A DNA stretch of 64,000 bases. Source: the human T2T-CHM13v2.0 reference genome, Homo sapiens. Below the pieces are notes generated by a model that was not told the origin of the DNA, did not search any database, and saw only the letters and a list, made by a program, of their open reading frames with translations. The translations under genes were made by a program, and so were the position numbers. Shown piece after piece: positions 1-16,362 of the stretch (the first letter of the stretch is position 1; each line of letters opens with the position of its first letter). Where the stretch lies: NCBI RefSeq assembly GCF_009914755.1, contig NC_060925.1, one strand, 5' to 3'.

Positions 1-337
1 AAACATCCGCTAAAATTTGTCTGTTATTTGTATTACCATACTCAGAATATTACAGTAGAGCCTGGTTACAGTTACAAACATAAGTAAGTCATAGAATTTG
101 AGGAACAGACAAAAAACATACAAAAATGAACAAAGGCTAATAATTATTCTGATAATAGAAGTAAAAACAAGCACTGTGGAGAGCAATTAAGTAGGATATT
201 CAAAGCTAACTTGTGGTATTCAAATATCAATTTCCAACCATTTATCAAAAGCCTTGTAAGAACAAATGCCTGGGTTTGTTCTTTATACATATTACATCGT
301 ATATGTCTCATAATAGCTATATAAAATAAAAAAATTT

Positions 338-500
338 ATGCCCATTTTCCAGATTTAAAAAAAACTGAGCCTATTATAATAGATGTTAATAATTTGCCCA
401 AGGTTTCTCATCCTGTAACTGGAAGACCACAGATTTAAATTCAGGTTTGCAAGTGGACAACCACAGATTTAAATTCAGGTTTATTTTAAAGCACTTTCTA
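338..500 (-). mobile_element. MIR SINE fragment
   Basis: ATGCCCATTTTCCAGAT...AAACTGAG...TTGCCCAAGGT resembles the reverse MIR core. Confidence 0.6.
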
Positions 501-1356
501 CTGTGCTCTTCCTTCTCTGTCATCTGTCTATATTTTTTATCTCAGCTGTTACTGGTTAAAATTTTAATACCTACCTCTCCATATTGTTCCTATATTCTGG
601 AAGGGATTGAGTTGCCTGTGACACCTAATAAGAAAATCATAAACATGCCTGCAGATTAAGCCTCCTCTCATTTCTGAGATGAACGCTGAGCCGACAGAGC
701 TGCCAGTCTCTCATTTAACTTCTCACAATTCCTGCAACATTCCCCTCCTCTCTGACAGTTGTATCAGCATTTCTGCTGCTGCTTGTGCTGATAAAGCCCC
801 CAGAACACACACACACCAACTAGAAATAACTTGGTGACACATTCACTAGGGGATTCCTTTGTAAAGAAAGTCCGGACTGGGAGGAAAGTGTCCTGCAGAT
901 TGCTCCACTACTTCACAGATGAACTGGATCGTTCAAATGTAGTTTTAGAGAAGTGGGGGCAAATTTTTTCACCTGAACTGTGTGGAGCAATCGAGTATTC
1001 CCAAGAATCTGTTACTAAAAGAAGTGAGTTTCAATGACAGTGAAAATATAAGGTAACAAAGTTGTATTTTTTTTCTTACACAAGATTTTGACCTGATAAC
1101 ATAAAATAAGAAAATCAGAAAGTATAAATGGTAGGATAAGTTGAAGAAGGAGTTCAACCTTCAAGAATTGTGTGCACTTGCTCATCATCTTTCAATATCT
1201 TTCCTAATGTAGAATGTTGCTCAAATATTCTCTTCACTATTTTTTCAGGATGTAGATAAAAACAGAAGTAGCTTTATGTATAAATGTGGTGACTCTACAT
1301 GGTGTGATTGCAAATGTCCAAGAAGCCCTACCTTCGTGTTAGCAGTAACATTAAAT

Positions 1357-1540
1357 ACACATGTGCACACATGCATACACTCACATACACACACCACCCT
1401 CATGCCCCACACTCTGCAAAAGCAGATACCCCCAACACACACACACACACACACACACAATCTTTATACATCACATCCTCCAAACACACATACACATGAG
1501 TACATAGACAAACCATGCCCTCACACACTCCAAACAAACA
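1357..1540. repeat. CA-rich low-complexity tract including (AC)12 at 1435-1458
   Basis: Direct reading; explains the THTHT/VCVCV ORFs. Confidence 0.9.
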
Positions 1541-3170
1541 CTTGGCTATCTCTTCCACCAGATGAAAGGGCAAGGGATAGAGGATCTGAAAGGATATGAA
1601 TGAAATTTGCTGAGAACTGAGATTCCACTGTAGGGGCTTTCGTACAAACTTGCTGTTTTTCACTTTGGTACAGTTAAATTCAAAGTTACTTGGAAATACA
1701 TCGTATTTGAAATGGCTATTGGTTAGATATTCTTTAATGTGAATATGCTTCTGATCATTTCTTAAGAACAGGTTTTGATAGACAAACTGCACATTCTGAG
1801 GGCCTAAGGCTAAAGGGAAAATAAAAAGAGGGCAAAGAGAGAATGCTGAGGTGCCGCAGACAAACTCGGCTAACAGTGATTTGTCCTGAGGTCAGTGCTG
1901 AATGAAAACCTGCAGACACCACTGAGAGCTGTCCATAGGAAGGAACAAAAGGTTATAGAGAATACTGTAGTTAAAGAGTATATTTCTCTACTTACACCAA
2001 TGTGATGCTTGAAAGGTCTCTGTGGTCTATATAAAAATGAAAGTTACTGGATACCATTAAATTAAATGAGACGTTCCTGACCTCAAGTCTGGCAATCGTA
2101 AATCCCAATTCTTTAATTCAATCCAAGGTTTAATACTTTTGATCTTTAATAATTGTAAATGTGTATTAGTTTGTCTTTTAATTTGTATGAGTACATAACT
2201 GTTTTAATATTTCGTAGACACAGTTGATGACAAAATGCCAAAATTTCGAGAAGTTGAAACCAAAAGACTGTGATTAATGTGGACAGATTGACCTGTTTCA
2301 ATATTTAGTGTGGATCAGAAGGGTGCATTATCACAATGTCTTATGAGCAAATGACTCAAGCTGGACATGGATAAAAGATTTTAATTAAGGAGATAATCAT
2401 TAAGGAACATCTCCTACTACTTCCTTTCTCTGGTAACAAATGCTGCCCTCCAACCTGAGCCTTAGGCTGCCTTTCCCTCCAGTGTTTTGAATGTTGGCAT
2501 CTAAGGAACAGTGGAATGGGAAATATTTCTTTGAAGATCCATTAGCTTTAAACTTACCTCCATTTATCCGGCTGATAAAGCCAAAATCAATGAAATTGGA
2601 GAGCATTCCTTAAAGGGCTGTTTGTTTACTCATACTTCTGGCTGTGGAGATGACTTACAGGACAGATGGAGACCAAGTTAGGTTAGAAGTGCTTAATATT
2701 GGGTTGTACTGTCTGCATTCAATATGAACTTGTGTAAGGTAGTTGTGAGGTTGTGTTCAAGGTTTTTCACTATAGCATAAGGAAAGGAAAAAAACCTAAT
2801 ATAACAAACCTCAGATCTTACCTATAAAATTATGTTATTTGCAAGGTAAGAATATTGTTATCTAATATTCACTTTAAAAATGTTTAGTGGAAGATCAGTA
2901 AAGGGATACATGATGATGAGCAACTGTACATTAAATTTGGTCAATGTGGAAAGTTCTTTTGGAATTTCAGATAAAATTGCCTTTATTTTTGTTATAGTGA
3001 AAATACCTTCTTTCCACACTCTGATTTTCTGAATAATTCATATTACTTATTTAACTTTGTTTACAGTGTATATGATGGCAACTCAAAATTAAAATATAAA
3101 GAAGGACTCTCTAGAATTTAAAGTGATATCCACCTTAGTAGATAGTAGAATAGTTCTTAAACTATGTAAT

Positions 3171-3350
3171 TGATTGATTGCCTGACTGATTCATTCATTC
3201 ATTCAATTTTTTTCAGTGAGGAAGTATTTATTGAGGACTTACTCTATGTCAGGTTCTGTTCTTGGATAAGAAGACAGTGCTAAAACAAGGCGAATAAAAA
3301 CTTTCTCCTCAGTTAATCTCCTTTTACAGCAAGGAAGACAAACAAACTTA
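3171..3350 (-). mobile_element. L2 3' end
   Basis: TTCATTCATTCATTCAA...TATTTATTGAGGACTTACTCTATGTCAGG is the reverse L2 terminus. Confidence 0.65.
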
Positions 3351-3962
3351 TAGCTCCCAATTTCCCATTAAAATACATGGACTCGAAGAAGAAGAAAAAT
3401 AAAAACTCACCACATAACACACTGGGGTTACAGGGCAATCAGTTTCAGAAGAAATTTTATTAACTATAATTTCAAAAGAAAAGGTGAAAGAGATTGCTAA
3501 TTTCCATGCTTTGCCTCAAGAAATAGCAAGGTTAATTTCCTGTAAGAAGACATGTCCTTCCTCTCCCATATTGTTTGTCCCTTGGCTCCAAAGACTCCAT
3601 AAATGACCAACCAGTGATCTGTACTGTTATCATCTCATGACCAAGAAAATATTTCCACAAAAGCCAATCTCCATTCAATGACTTCCACTTTTCTGTTTTT
3701 TATTGGATATGCAGAATAAGGTGCCAGAAATATTTCATTAATAACTTGGAAGACTGTAAAGTTAAATAATGAGTGTAAACCTATATGTTAGCATAACATT
3801 AATTGTGTACGTGACAAGAACAACAACCAAAGTCTATAAACATTCCAACCTTTTATACTCATCTATTTTCTAATGGGGAAAACTCATATGTTACCCTAGC
3901 ATTAAGATTAATTTTGTATGTTGGTTTAGGAAATTGATGATAAAAACTTGGAGAAGACTGCT

Positions 3963-5700
3963 GTATTGGATTACAGGTTCATATGTTCTAAGCAAGAGAG
4001 AAAAGCCTAAAATCTATTTCTCTGTCATGATACTGCTCGAAGGTAAGTGATTTGGAGCTGATTCGGTGTCTTACCATTCTTAACATGATACTTGGATCTC
4101 AGACTGTCGGGTGGTTGCTACTATATACATCATCTCAGTCAGCTGAAAGGAAAATGAGCCAGAAGAGTCTGTACAACATTTTAGAAGTATAACTGGGAAG
4201 TGGCGTTATCACTTCTGCTCATTCTTTGTTGGTTAAAATTTTGTCACGTGTCCACACAAAACCTCAAGGAAGTCTGGAAGTGGAAACCGTAGCTGTGTGC
4301 AGATGTCACTAGCTAAAACTGAGGAGTTCTGTCATTAAAGAAGGGATGAATACGTATGAGGGGACGACTATTAGTCTATTCCTTAATCCATTTCTGTGGC
4401 AACCCTAATATCCATCTGTATCCCTTTTTCCACACATAGAACCCACATAATCACATCCATAGATGGCAACCAAAGCCACATCCAGTAGTGTCGATTAGCT
4501 GAAAGTGCCAGACCTCTGAATGGTGATTGGTTCTCTCCATTAAGTCAGTCTGGATTTACTGGTGTTTTGGTGACCTATAAACTAATAGAAAAATTACTTG
4601 CTTCCTCCCCACACACACTTAACGGTAATGGAGAAAGACAGGGATAACTTCAATTAAAATATCATTCAGAAAAGAGAATAAAGGGAAATACAGAGCAGTC
4701 ACTTGCCCACAGCAATAACAAAATCCTGTGAGCAAGCGTTGGCAGGGCAAAATGTCCTTGGTTAGTTCTTGTTCTTGTCTCTAGAGAAAGCCCTTTGTGC
4801 ATTTTCGTCTCTGGTGTCTTTTGCCATTTTCTTCTGTGACCATATCTGAAGTGTGTTGGAAAATGTGTTCTCCTGAGGGCTGCACAGCTTGTTCAGTTTG
4901 GGGACATAGAAGCTGCTTGAGGAGTTGAACAATTACGTGCATTTCAGGCTAGTTTGTGCTTTCAGTGGCAGCAAAAATTCCTCGATAACTTAGTAGATGC
5001 ATTCAATTTGCTTTCTCTTTCATTTCCATGGTAAGGAGTCATCGATGCAAATTATGTCTGGATATAGTTCTTCAACTTAAAGTCTTTCACTTATTTAGTG
5101 GTCTTTGTGCTCGGCTTTTCCTTTCTCCAGCATTTTACTGTGCTTTTTTTTTGTCTATATGAAAACCCAGGCTTGGTCTGTTATTATTTGTTTGTTGGCA
5201 CAGTCTGCTTCTCAAGTTATCACAAGCAACTTCCAACCCATAATTACAGTGTCCTCCTGATTACTGCTAAGCCAGTGCCATATATTTTAGGGTTTTGTGA
5301 GAACAGCAGGCTACTTCCAGTACAAATTTCTGGTTTGGATAGGATATAGTCCAATCTTTTATAATAAAGAGACCTTAAATATAACAGTTTATGCAAGATA
5401 GATAGATAGATAGATTTTCTTTTCTTTCTAAAACAGTCCAGAGGTAGATAATTCAGAGCTTTTAGAGTAACGTTTCCATATTTACCATGAAGTTTCCATT
5501 TTGAGAGTCAAAGTTGTGAAACAGTTCTCACTGATTCCTTGATGGGGGAAGTAGGAAAAAAATCAGGGGAGGAGGTACTCACTCATTTTCTGGGTAATGC
5601 ACAAGAAGAAAAACATTTGCTCCCACCCATTTGATTAGAATTGTGTCACACGGATCCACCAAGCTTCAAGAGGCATGGAAAGTTAGTGAGTTACTGTGAA
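3963..5700 (-). mobile_element. Ancient MaLR (MLT1-type) with LTR / internal / LTR layout
   Basis: MLT1 LTR motif (TTGGTTAAAATTTTGTCACGTGTCCACAC at ~4230; TTGATTAGAATTGTGTCACACGGATCCACC at ~5630) occurs twice, flanking MLT1-internal-like sequence. Confidence 0.5.
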
Positions 5701-8238
5701 TAGAAATTATACCAAACTATTAACAGTTCTTATCTCTGGTGGGATGTGCTTGTGAGAGTTTCATTTTCTCTATGATTTACTTAGACTTTGTCCACTTATT
5801 CATTTTACTGTCTCTCTACTTTTTAGATGTTTTACAGTCATCATCTATCACTTGCATGCTCCAATACTATTTAAAAATTAATTAAACCTGAATTCTACAA
5901 TTAGGCATTGTGAGAGATGGTATAATGAAAGTTGTCTGAAGGTTTAATGCACAAGATAAGCCTTTGAAGAACTCTGGAGGAGAAACTGGCTGATAAAAAG
6001 ATATGGAACTGGAAATCTGTGAAAAGAGAGAGAATGATCTTGTTTGGCAATAGTAAAATTCTTCCTAAGAAATAAAACAGATTAAGGAGTTGAGAGAGAG
6101 AGAGAAAGAAAGAGGGAGAAGGATTGAGCATCAGCAACATAAAACACGCTAAAAGTTTTAAGCATGGCAATATGCAGAAAGGGGTATTGCTGGTTTCATG
6201 TATCAATAATTTAAATAATAGTATGTTTACATTAAGTAAATGTATTGCTGTTACTATAGCAAGACATAATTTAATTATTTCCAGAAATCGTGATGAAAGG
6301 AAATAATTTCAGCTCAGCACGCACCGTGAAAATAATTATAGTAGAAAATTTATGTAAAATAATAATGGTATGGATTTCTGATTTGAAGTTGTCTAGAATA
6401 TATGTCAAGTTATGTTGTAAAAAACAAAAATTCAATAGGTCCACAGAGAAATATGTTTTGGATTTAAAGGCCTGAAAAAATGCTATCTTATTTATAAGAT
6501 AGAGTGTTATTAAAATAAATATTACATGATTCTAGGAGATCTTACAAAGTGATACTTGGACATCCTCAGGGGTTTATTTCTTTATATAGACAGATTTTTA
6601 CCAATATTCACCCTGTAAAGCAAAACAAATAGCAATTATAAAAAAGTTTTTATCCTTGATGTTAAAAATATGACTACTTTTTCTTTTTGGTAACTAGAAG
6701 TGGAAATTTAGTGTCACTGTGTTAATAAAGAAAAATTAGTCTCATTATGTTAAACAACAGAGTAAAACAAATATTGAATGGGTGCTGGGAGCCGTGGCAT
6801 AGAAAGTGGAAAGAACTGAACAATCAAGATGTATGCAGTGTAGGTATTAGCATAACCCTGTTTATCTCAGCAACAAGAATCATATGGACACAATTTCCAT
6901 TATGCTGTCTTTAATGTGCCTAGATCCTATTACCTTCAGTTTTTTTCTCTTTTCTTCAAGATTCAAATATCCAAGAAAATGTATGTTATTGTCCTAGCTT
7001 GGGTCAGACATCTATTCTCGCATCAATCAGCAATGGCATTTAGAGGGGCGGATCCACTGGCATAAGCAAACCTTGTAAATCAAGGCTTCCCTAAGAAGGG
7101 GAATTGTTGAGAGTCAAACATTCAGCGATACGTCAGCTAAACCATACAAGAAAAAAAAGAGACTACTATTACTAATTTTGAGCTAAATTTCTTCTCAGTA
7201 GGATTTGTAAAAGAATTAGGGACACCTACTAAATACTATAGATAAAAGCCTGTGCATTTTTACCAAATCATTACCTGAACTTTCTTCTCTACTGTTGTTT
7301 CTTATATACACAAGTGAAAAGGCCTCTTCCAATGAATTTAATTTGTTACATTTTTCTGATGGTTGGAGATAAGGGATAGTATAGAAAAAGAATAATATTT
7401 ATAAATTGTAATACTTTTTTATACAAATATAAAATACTTTTATATTTCATTAGTGGAAAACAATGTTAATGAATAAGAAAACCACCCATCAAAATTAGAG
7501 ATTTTATTTTAACATATTTCCTTATTTCTCACATTAGAATGAAAAAGTTCTCATCTGGTACCTATATAAGCCAATTATAACATTTAGAATGTCATTTATG
7601 AAATGGAAAATTTCCATTTATAGAAAATCTTTATATCCTGCTGAAAAAACTTCAAAATGTCAATTTCATGCAGTACATCTGGGGAAAATCTGTCTAGGAC
7701 ATAATACCTTAACTGTCACATAGTGATTATAACTTCTCTGTGTAAACAGGGGCTAAAAATTTCAGGATATATATTATCTGTTAGGATAATATGTATTATT
7801 AGGTGTTTAGGCACACAGTTAGAGTCCCTGGACCAGTGACCTCTAGGTAGTAGTGACCATAGATGGTGAATGTTGACTTAAGGGGTGGGTGAAACTACAT
7901 TTCTAGTAATGAGATTTTAAAAAAATAAATTAAAATGATGTGTGGTATGTTCAAACTGTTTTTTTCTTTTATGAACTATTTCTTCTTCTATCACATACTT
8001 TGGTCACAGGAGAGTAGAGTACATTAAATATAGAAACCTAAAAAACTATTTGTAAAAGAAATGGCAAACAGAAGAGAACGGAAAAAGAAAAATGTAGAAG
8101 GGATTGTTGTCAGTGTGCTATCTCCCAGTAAAAATGTGGTGCTATAATGATGTCAGAGAGAGAGAGAGAGGCATGGTGAGAGGGTCTGCTAAGGACAGCT
8201 TCCTGCTTTGGTCATTTTGTGTAATATATAAATGTAAA

Positions 8239-8412
8239 CCCAGGCATGGTGGTGCCCACTTGCAGTCCTAGCTACTCTGAAGGCTGAGGTGTGAGGATCT
8301 CTTGCTGCCAGGAGATGAGGCTGCAGTGTGCTGTGATCTCACCTGTGAATTAGCACTGCACTCCAGTCTAGGCAACCATAGCATGACTCTATCTTTAAAA
8401 AAAAAAAAAAAA
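8239..8412 (+). mobile_element. Fossil Alu monomer (FAM/FRAM-like, 7SL-derived)
   Basis: Single arm with CCTGTGAATTAGCACTGCACTCCAGTCTAGGCAAC and an A16 tail. Confidence 0.8.
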
Positions 8413-8744
8413 GTTTTAAATGTATATGGTCATGCAAAAAAGAAAATACACACACCTTATGATTTGGGTCATTGTATCAGATGGCAGGTAATTTTTTTTG
8501 CCTGCATTTTTGCCCTGAAGAAAATAATTAAGACCTGGATAGCACAGCTTAGCTTCAATGCTGATAACTTTCCTCTTATTTTGATTTAATTGGGAATGCT
8601 TCTAGTAGGTATCTTGGTAAATGAGAAATAGGAATACTATATTCATATATGTTTTCAAAGTATATTGAGAGGTGTACATGTGTGAAATACTTCTTGGGAT
8701 TGACATGCAAATCTTATGGAAGTTTATTATAAGACTTTTGACTG

Positions 8745-9914
<1,170 letters not shown>

Positions 9915-10380
9915 TTAGGCAGAAAGGTAGGTTGAAGGTTAAATTATGGTTTTATGATACTGAGTTTAGATTTTATCCATTTTAAAATTATGAGTCAATG
10001 AATGCTTTAAAGATAGGCAGAGCCTGCTTAAAATGGACATGTAAGTAACATTGACTGATAACACTTAGGATGCTGAGAAGCAGGTAAAACCTGTTTGGAA
10101 GAGTGCAAGATCAGCAGCTCTTATAATAATTCAGATGCAGGGAGTAATAGCATTCTAAAAGAGAATCAGCAGAATTTGGTTAGTGATGGAATTGTGAAAT
10201 AAGGAGAAATATGAGTTAAGGATGTGTCTGTAGTTATTTCGTTGTTTTGTTAGGGAAAAATGATAGTTAATCTTGAAAGGAAATATAAAATATAATTTGC
10301 TTATGTTTTTTCAAAAATCTAAATTTCAACTAGTTGTAGTTTTGTGGAAGTATATATACATGTGTATGTGCATTTTTCTT

Positions 10381-10440
10381 TCATCTATCTATCCATCTAT
10401 CTATCTATCTATCTATCTATCTGATTATCTATTTACCTAC
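10381..10440. repeat. (TCTA)n tetranucleotide repeat
   Basis: Direct reading. Confidence 0.85.
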
Positions 10441-10907
10441 CTTTATTATATGTACATATGTACATATCAGAAATATTAAGAAAGCTTCACTTGTAAACCA
10501 AAGTTATTTGTGACAGTTATCTGGAATAATGTGTGCAGAATTATGGTGCTGGGTCTAGGATAAATAGGAAAAAGCACATGATTTATTTTTGATGTCTGCA
10601 ATATTGAGAATGTTGGAGAAAATGTCATTTTGTTTTCCAATCTTGATAGACGTGGTAGCCTCAATCATTAGAGTAAATGATATCTCCCAGGGAGATAATA
10701 TTGCAATTCCCATTTGCCCTATTTCTTTCACATTGGTCCCTTTCCCAGGTTCCTAAACAGATTATTTTCTCTTCCATTTATGCTCCTGATATTTCTAAAT
10801 CACTATTTATGAATTTCAAGCTATCTAGTACCACAGTCCCTTACTTACATTAGCAGTTTTCTATTCCTTCCCTGAGGGCTATATGTCTTTCCTTAACAAC
10901 CAGTCCA

Positions 10908-11144
10908 TTTGGGTTGGTTCCAAGTCTTTGCTATTGCGAATAGTGCCACAATAAACATACGGGTGCATGTGTCTTTACAGCTCATGTTCTATAATCCTTC
11001 GGGTATATCCCCAGTAATGGGATGGCTGGGTCAAAATGGTATTTCTTTGGTGCAGCACACCAACATGGCACATGTATACATATGTAACAAACCTGCATGT
11101 TGTGCACATGTACCCTAAAACTTAAAGTATAATAATAACAATAG
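10908..11144 (+). mobile_element. Short 5'-inverted L1PA insertion
   Basis: Antisense L1 segment to ~11046, then the sense 3' end (GGTGCAGCACACCAACATGGCAC...TAAAACTTAAAGTATAATAA); TSD AA(C/A)AACCAGTCCA at 10895-10907 and 11145-11157. Confidence 0.9.
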
Positions 11145-13744
11145 AAAAACCAGTCCAGTGACAGACACCTAGCCACCAGCACATATTCCTCCAAAATACC
11201 TACTGGCTGCTTGCATCCAGTTTAAACACCTTGAACACCTGTTCTATTTGCCCATTGCAACAATTTGCTATTTTACTGAGTTCTACCCCATTTTGAACTA
11301 TTTGAATAAAATTAAAACTGGCTATGTTTTTGGGCATTGAATATAAACATTCATTATCAGCATTTGCAGCTGGAGCATTTCATTCTTTGCTGATCCTAAT
11401 CACAATAATAGTGTCCAATGCCTCCCTACCCATAATTTCTTTTTTATTAAATTGGCTACATCCTGTGAAATCTGAGATCCAAGAATGACTTTATGGGAAA
11501 AACAAGTATGAACAGCTATTGAACAATTCCTGCCCTAATGTTTAATCAAATAAGATATTTTATTAGGATCTGTATTTTTATGGCTCCTTTTTAACAGCTG
11601 TAATAAACTCTTTCAAAGCAATATGCTGCAAGGGATCAAAGAGCTGTGCTCAATTAGAATTGTTCCTTATTAACCATAGTCAGAAAAGAAGTGAGAAATA
11701 AATAAGAGTGTGTCCGATATGTCCTTCAGCAGACTGAGAGAGTAATGTGTCACTGTGACGTGTAGCTTTAAAACAAATTAAAAATCCTATGAAGCACTGA
11801 AGCTCCCTAAGCCACAACAGTGGACTTGCTATGGAGATCATGTCTCAGTTTCTGATATCAATGCCACCTATGATCTCCTCCTAAGAATCAAGAGATCAAA
11901 GATGAAAAGCAACACCAACAAAGTCCTAGAATGTAGCCATTGTACTGATATTGAAAAGAGGTACAGCATAAGTTGACTGTACTGGTTTCAGCTTCAACAA
12001 AGTAACAGCAGGTTTCTAAGGAGCTGTTGTACATGAGATGAAGTGAAGTTATCAATGTAATAAGGGCAGAAAATGATTTACACTGTGATTCACTGAAAAA
12101 CAACCTCATATTATGTGGCATGGCATGAATTCATGGCAGCATACAGAGCAATGCAGTATATATGGCCTTAATGGAGAGAGTTAATCTCTTTAAATGAGCT
12201 CAAAAAGCTTCATTAATTGCACCACCATTCTCCCTTTATCCCAGGTTCAAATGTCCAGTCCTCTTTGGCTGTTTGCACTCTATCATGACATATATCCAAG
12301 CACTACATCTATTGATTTTCCCCTTATATCTTTTTGTCTACTTATCATACTATCTTTCCTACAATGTATCTGTGAATTAGTTAATTTTATCATGATATAT
12401 AGTGAAAGAACAAAGTGTTAGATACATTAATTTTCTCAAGGATAAACTGTAATAAGCAGGGTGATCAGGCTTCTTTTCTCCTGTAAAACATTTCCCAACT
12501 GCTCCACACTATACCCTGATAAACAAAGGTGATTACTCTCTATTTGGAACCACATCTGTGACTTCATGATTTTCTGCTACCATGTCCCTCTCCCATATTC
12601 CCATATATATGAACATCTGGGGCTTCATTTGATGAAGACAAAGGTCGATTTAACCTGTGGATTCCTAAAAGGTTTTCTTTTATATGAAATGCCAACTGTT
12701 ATCAAGGAAGCAAAACCAAAATGTCTCAATCTCTCTGCAATCATGTAAGAATTTCCAGAAGCCTATGTGGCCTACGTCCTTTTCCATATTATAATATTAT
12801 TTCTGATTTCTCTTAATTCAGTTCACCTACTTTCATAATAAGGAAAGGGAACTTTTATCAAGAAAGATAGAATGGAAAAGCTTTTACTCTATTTCAGTTC
12901 CCATATCTCCATCTGGTGAACTCCTCTGATTTTCATTATCCATTAATTTCCTCTATAAAAGCTTCCCAGATTGATCTAGATGCTTTTGATATTTTAACAA
13001 GTATACCACTTAAATTATTTTCCAGAATGCATCACAGTGACATGTACTTAACACTTACATAAATATCACATGAGGAATACAGACGTAATAAAGAATTCAA
13101 ACTCTAGTATTTTACATTAATCTAAAAAGAAACATAAAATATTTTAATATTAAAACAAATACAGAATGCCTTGATATAATCCTTTGTATATTACCCGTGA
13201 GATGAGAATGGCTCTCACTGGCAGATTTTAAAAGGAGTGTCATGTGAATCAAAGCAGTGAGGCTAGTGTTATGGAAATTAACAATGTCAGAGAATAAATG
13301 TTCCTAAGCTTGAAAATAAAGACAAAAGAATGTATGCCAAGGCATGTGTCAGATATCAGTAGGTGCTAGCTTCCAATTTTTAAACTGTGTTTTCAGCATA
13401 AATTAAACTAATATTTATTTAATTAGTTGTGTGCACATATATCTTTCCTTCAAGATTATACGAATTCCATGTGGGCATGTATGTTTTCTTTAAACTTTCA
13501 CAATTCAGCATATTGTGTAAGCAGACTAAGCATTTGAAAAATTGTTGTTAAATGAATGTATACTACCTTAGCTTTCATGCAAACCAAAACTTAAAACAAA
13601 CCAACTTCACTGTAGCCAGGTTCCTTTCTTCCCAGCCTCCAAGTTTTGTCTTTACTATCACCCCAACTTCACAAACTGGGCAACCTTTCACTTTACTTAT
13701 ACAATTTTACAGGTTTAAAAATTCTAAAGAAAAAGAAGGCAGGA

Positions 13745-14345
<601 letters not shown>

Positions 14346-15135
14346 GCTAGAGTGAGGTTTTTGTTTATTTTAGTTCCTTCTTCCTCAATTGTATATCTCT
14401 GGATTTTGTTAACCAAGACAAAAATACTCTGATTTAAGACACAGATTTTCTGAATTACTCATTTTGGCACATTTATTTATATCCACATGTTACTACTTAA
14501 CAACCTTATTAATATGTATCATCCTTATCCAGTTGGTTGTAAATTCTGGAAGGGAAGGGGCTATCCTTATAGCTTTTTAAAAAAATCCTCTAAGACAGAC
14601 AACAATAGGAAATGACTGAAGGTGCCACTGTAAAGTTCTAGTTGAGTGAGAGAGGAATAAACAACCCTTTCTACATATGGCTGAACTGCAAAGGCAGATC
14701 TTCAAGGCAGCAAAACAGATTCCACTCAAATCTGCTCACTTTGTATTTCACAAATCTATTTCACAAATTTGTGTGGAAACAGATTCAACATAAATCTGCT
14801 ACAATGAGTTTCACAAGCCTCACTGTAGAAAGGAGTGCTAGTACACCATTTATCTTCTTGCCAAAACAAAACTAATTTGAATTAATCTCATCTGTGACTT
14901 CTCTGGTATGATCTAAAGGGCACTATCAGGAGTAAAAAAATTTTCTCAGCAGTGCCAAAAACACATCCAGTGGTAAAATATTATTTCTGTAAAACACCGT
15001 CCTTTCCCTTGTCCATTGATCCTCAAAATGGTATATCACAAACTTCTGTGAGATCAGTTTATGTATTAATCAAAATGGGACATCAATTAACAAAAATAAG
15101 TATAAGCAATAGCATGGACATTATTGCTTTAGACT

Positions 15136-15312
15136 AACGGTTCTTAACCTCCACTATACATTGGTATCATCCAGGGAGGTTTTTAAAAATCCCAGCACTC
15201 AGGCTACTTCTGTGACAAATTAAATCAGTTTCCAGAAGTGCCACCCTCTAAGTCATTTTTCTAGCTCTACAGGTGATTCGACAGTGCAGCCAAATTTGAG
15301 AACTCCTGTCTT
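15136..15312. mobile_element. MER5A-like DNA transposon
   Basis: GGTTCTTAACCT...CAGGTGATTC...GCAGCCAAATTTGAGAAC termini. Confidence 0.6.
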
Positions 15313-16362
15313 ACACCCTCTTGTAGAATTAAATCTTCCTCGGGAAAGGTAACAAGTTACTCTTATTTTGATCTAATTTACTTGTTCTATTGACATCTTC
15401 CAGGAGGAGAAGGAACAGCAACAAAAATTATATATCCTGAGGTAGTGATCAGTGACCTATGGAAGAAATAGAGACATGACTGATAGGGAGGTGTGGGATA
15501 TGGAAAAAAGTGCCTCATAAATTTTGTTCTGAGTTAGTCATTTAGGACTTCTCTGTAAACAATGAATGAGTAACATTTACTCCCATAGTGAATTATTTGT
15601 ACTTTTAATTTCTATGAACTGATGTATTAATATCTAGAAAATGGCCACAAACTGTTCCCATATAAACACTGGCTCCTTCCAAAACCTCTGGAGACGTTAG
15701 ATATCACCAAACCATGTACTGTAACAGTAACAGTGCTTAGGCATTTCACAGGATCATGCTCTCAAATATAACTAGCCGATCCTAAGCCTGTTTATCCTGC
15801 TTCACCCCATTCCTCCCACAATTTTGCACTTTCCTTTGCCTCATGACAAACTCAGGTGCTTCCCCTGGGTAAGCCTGTGCTTTATGATGTTTTCTCCCCA
15901 GGGAACCATAAGTAACAAAACTGTAAAACTCCACTTTCTTTTTCTTGATCTGCCTCTGTCCTCACCATATCTCACCCAGGATAATATGATTAAAACATAG
16001 AACAATAGTTAGTGAGGTTTGAGAAGATAGCAACTATTCAGACATAAATCCTTTATACTACAGAAACTCTTTCAGATTCATGAAAGTCTCTCTCATCAAA
16101 GGTTGAAATCCTGGATAACTGTGTCCTTATATTAAGACCATAAATCTTTTCTACTTGAAACCTTTTAAAATTTTGTTTTGCTTTTTTGAAAATTATATTT
16201 TCAGTGAACTACCTTCTGATTGTTGAATTTGGATGTTAAGGTGAAGTTTTACATTTCACTTCTTACAGGTGAAAACTTTATGTCAGAAAGTAGAAGGAGT
16301 AGCAGCTATAGTTTTCCTTGATAGGAACTGACACAACATTGATTAAAAATTGTTGCTGTTTT

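Noticed and set aside
1245-1792. Overlapping ORFs with THTH/VCVC runs
   Set aside because: Artefacts of the CA-rich repeat.
8239-8412. Functional 7SL RNA gene
   Set aside because: Diverged monomer lacking the S domain, with a poly-A tail.
11700-12170. Possible Tigger-like DNA transposon relic
   Set aside because: Resemblance too weak; terminal inverted repeats not identified.
15620-15980. Possible old LTR
   Set aside because: Family and boundaries could not be supported by eye.
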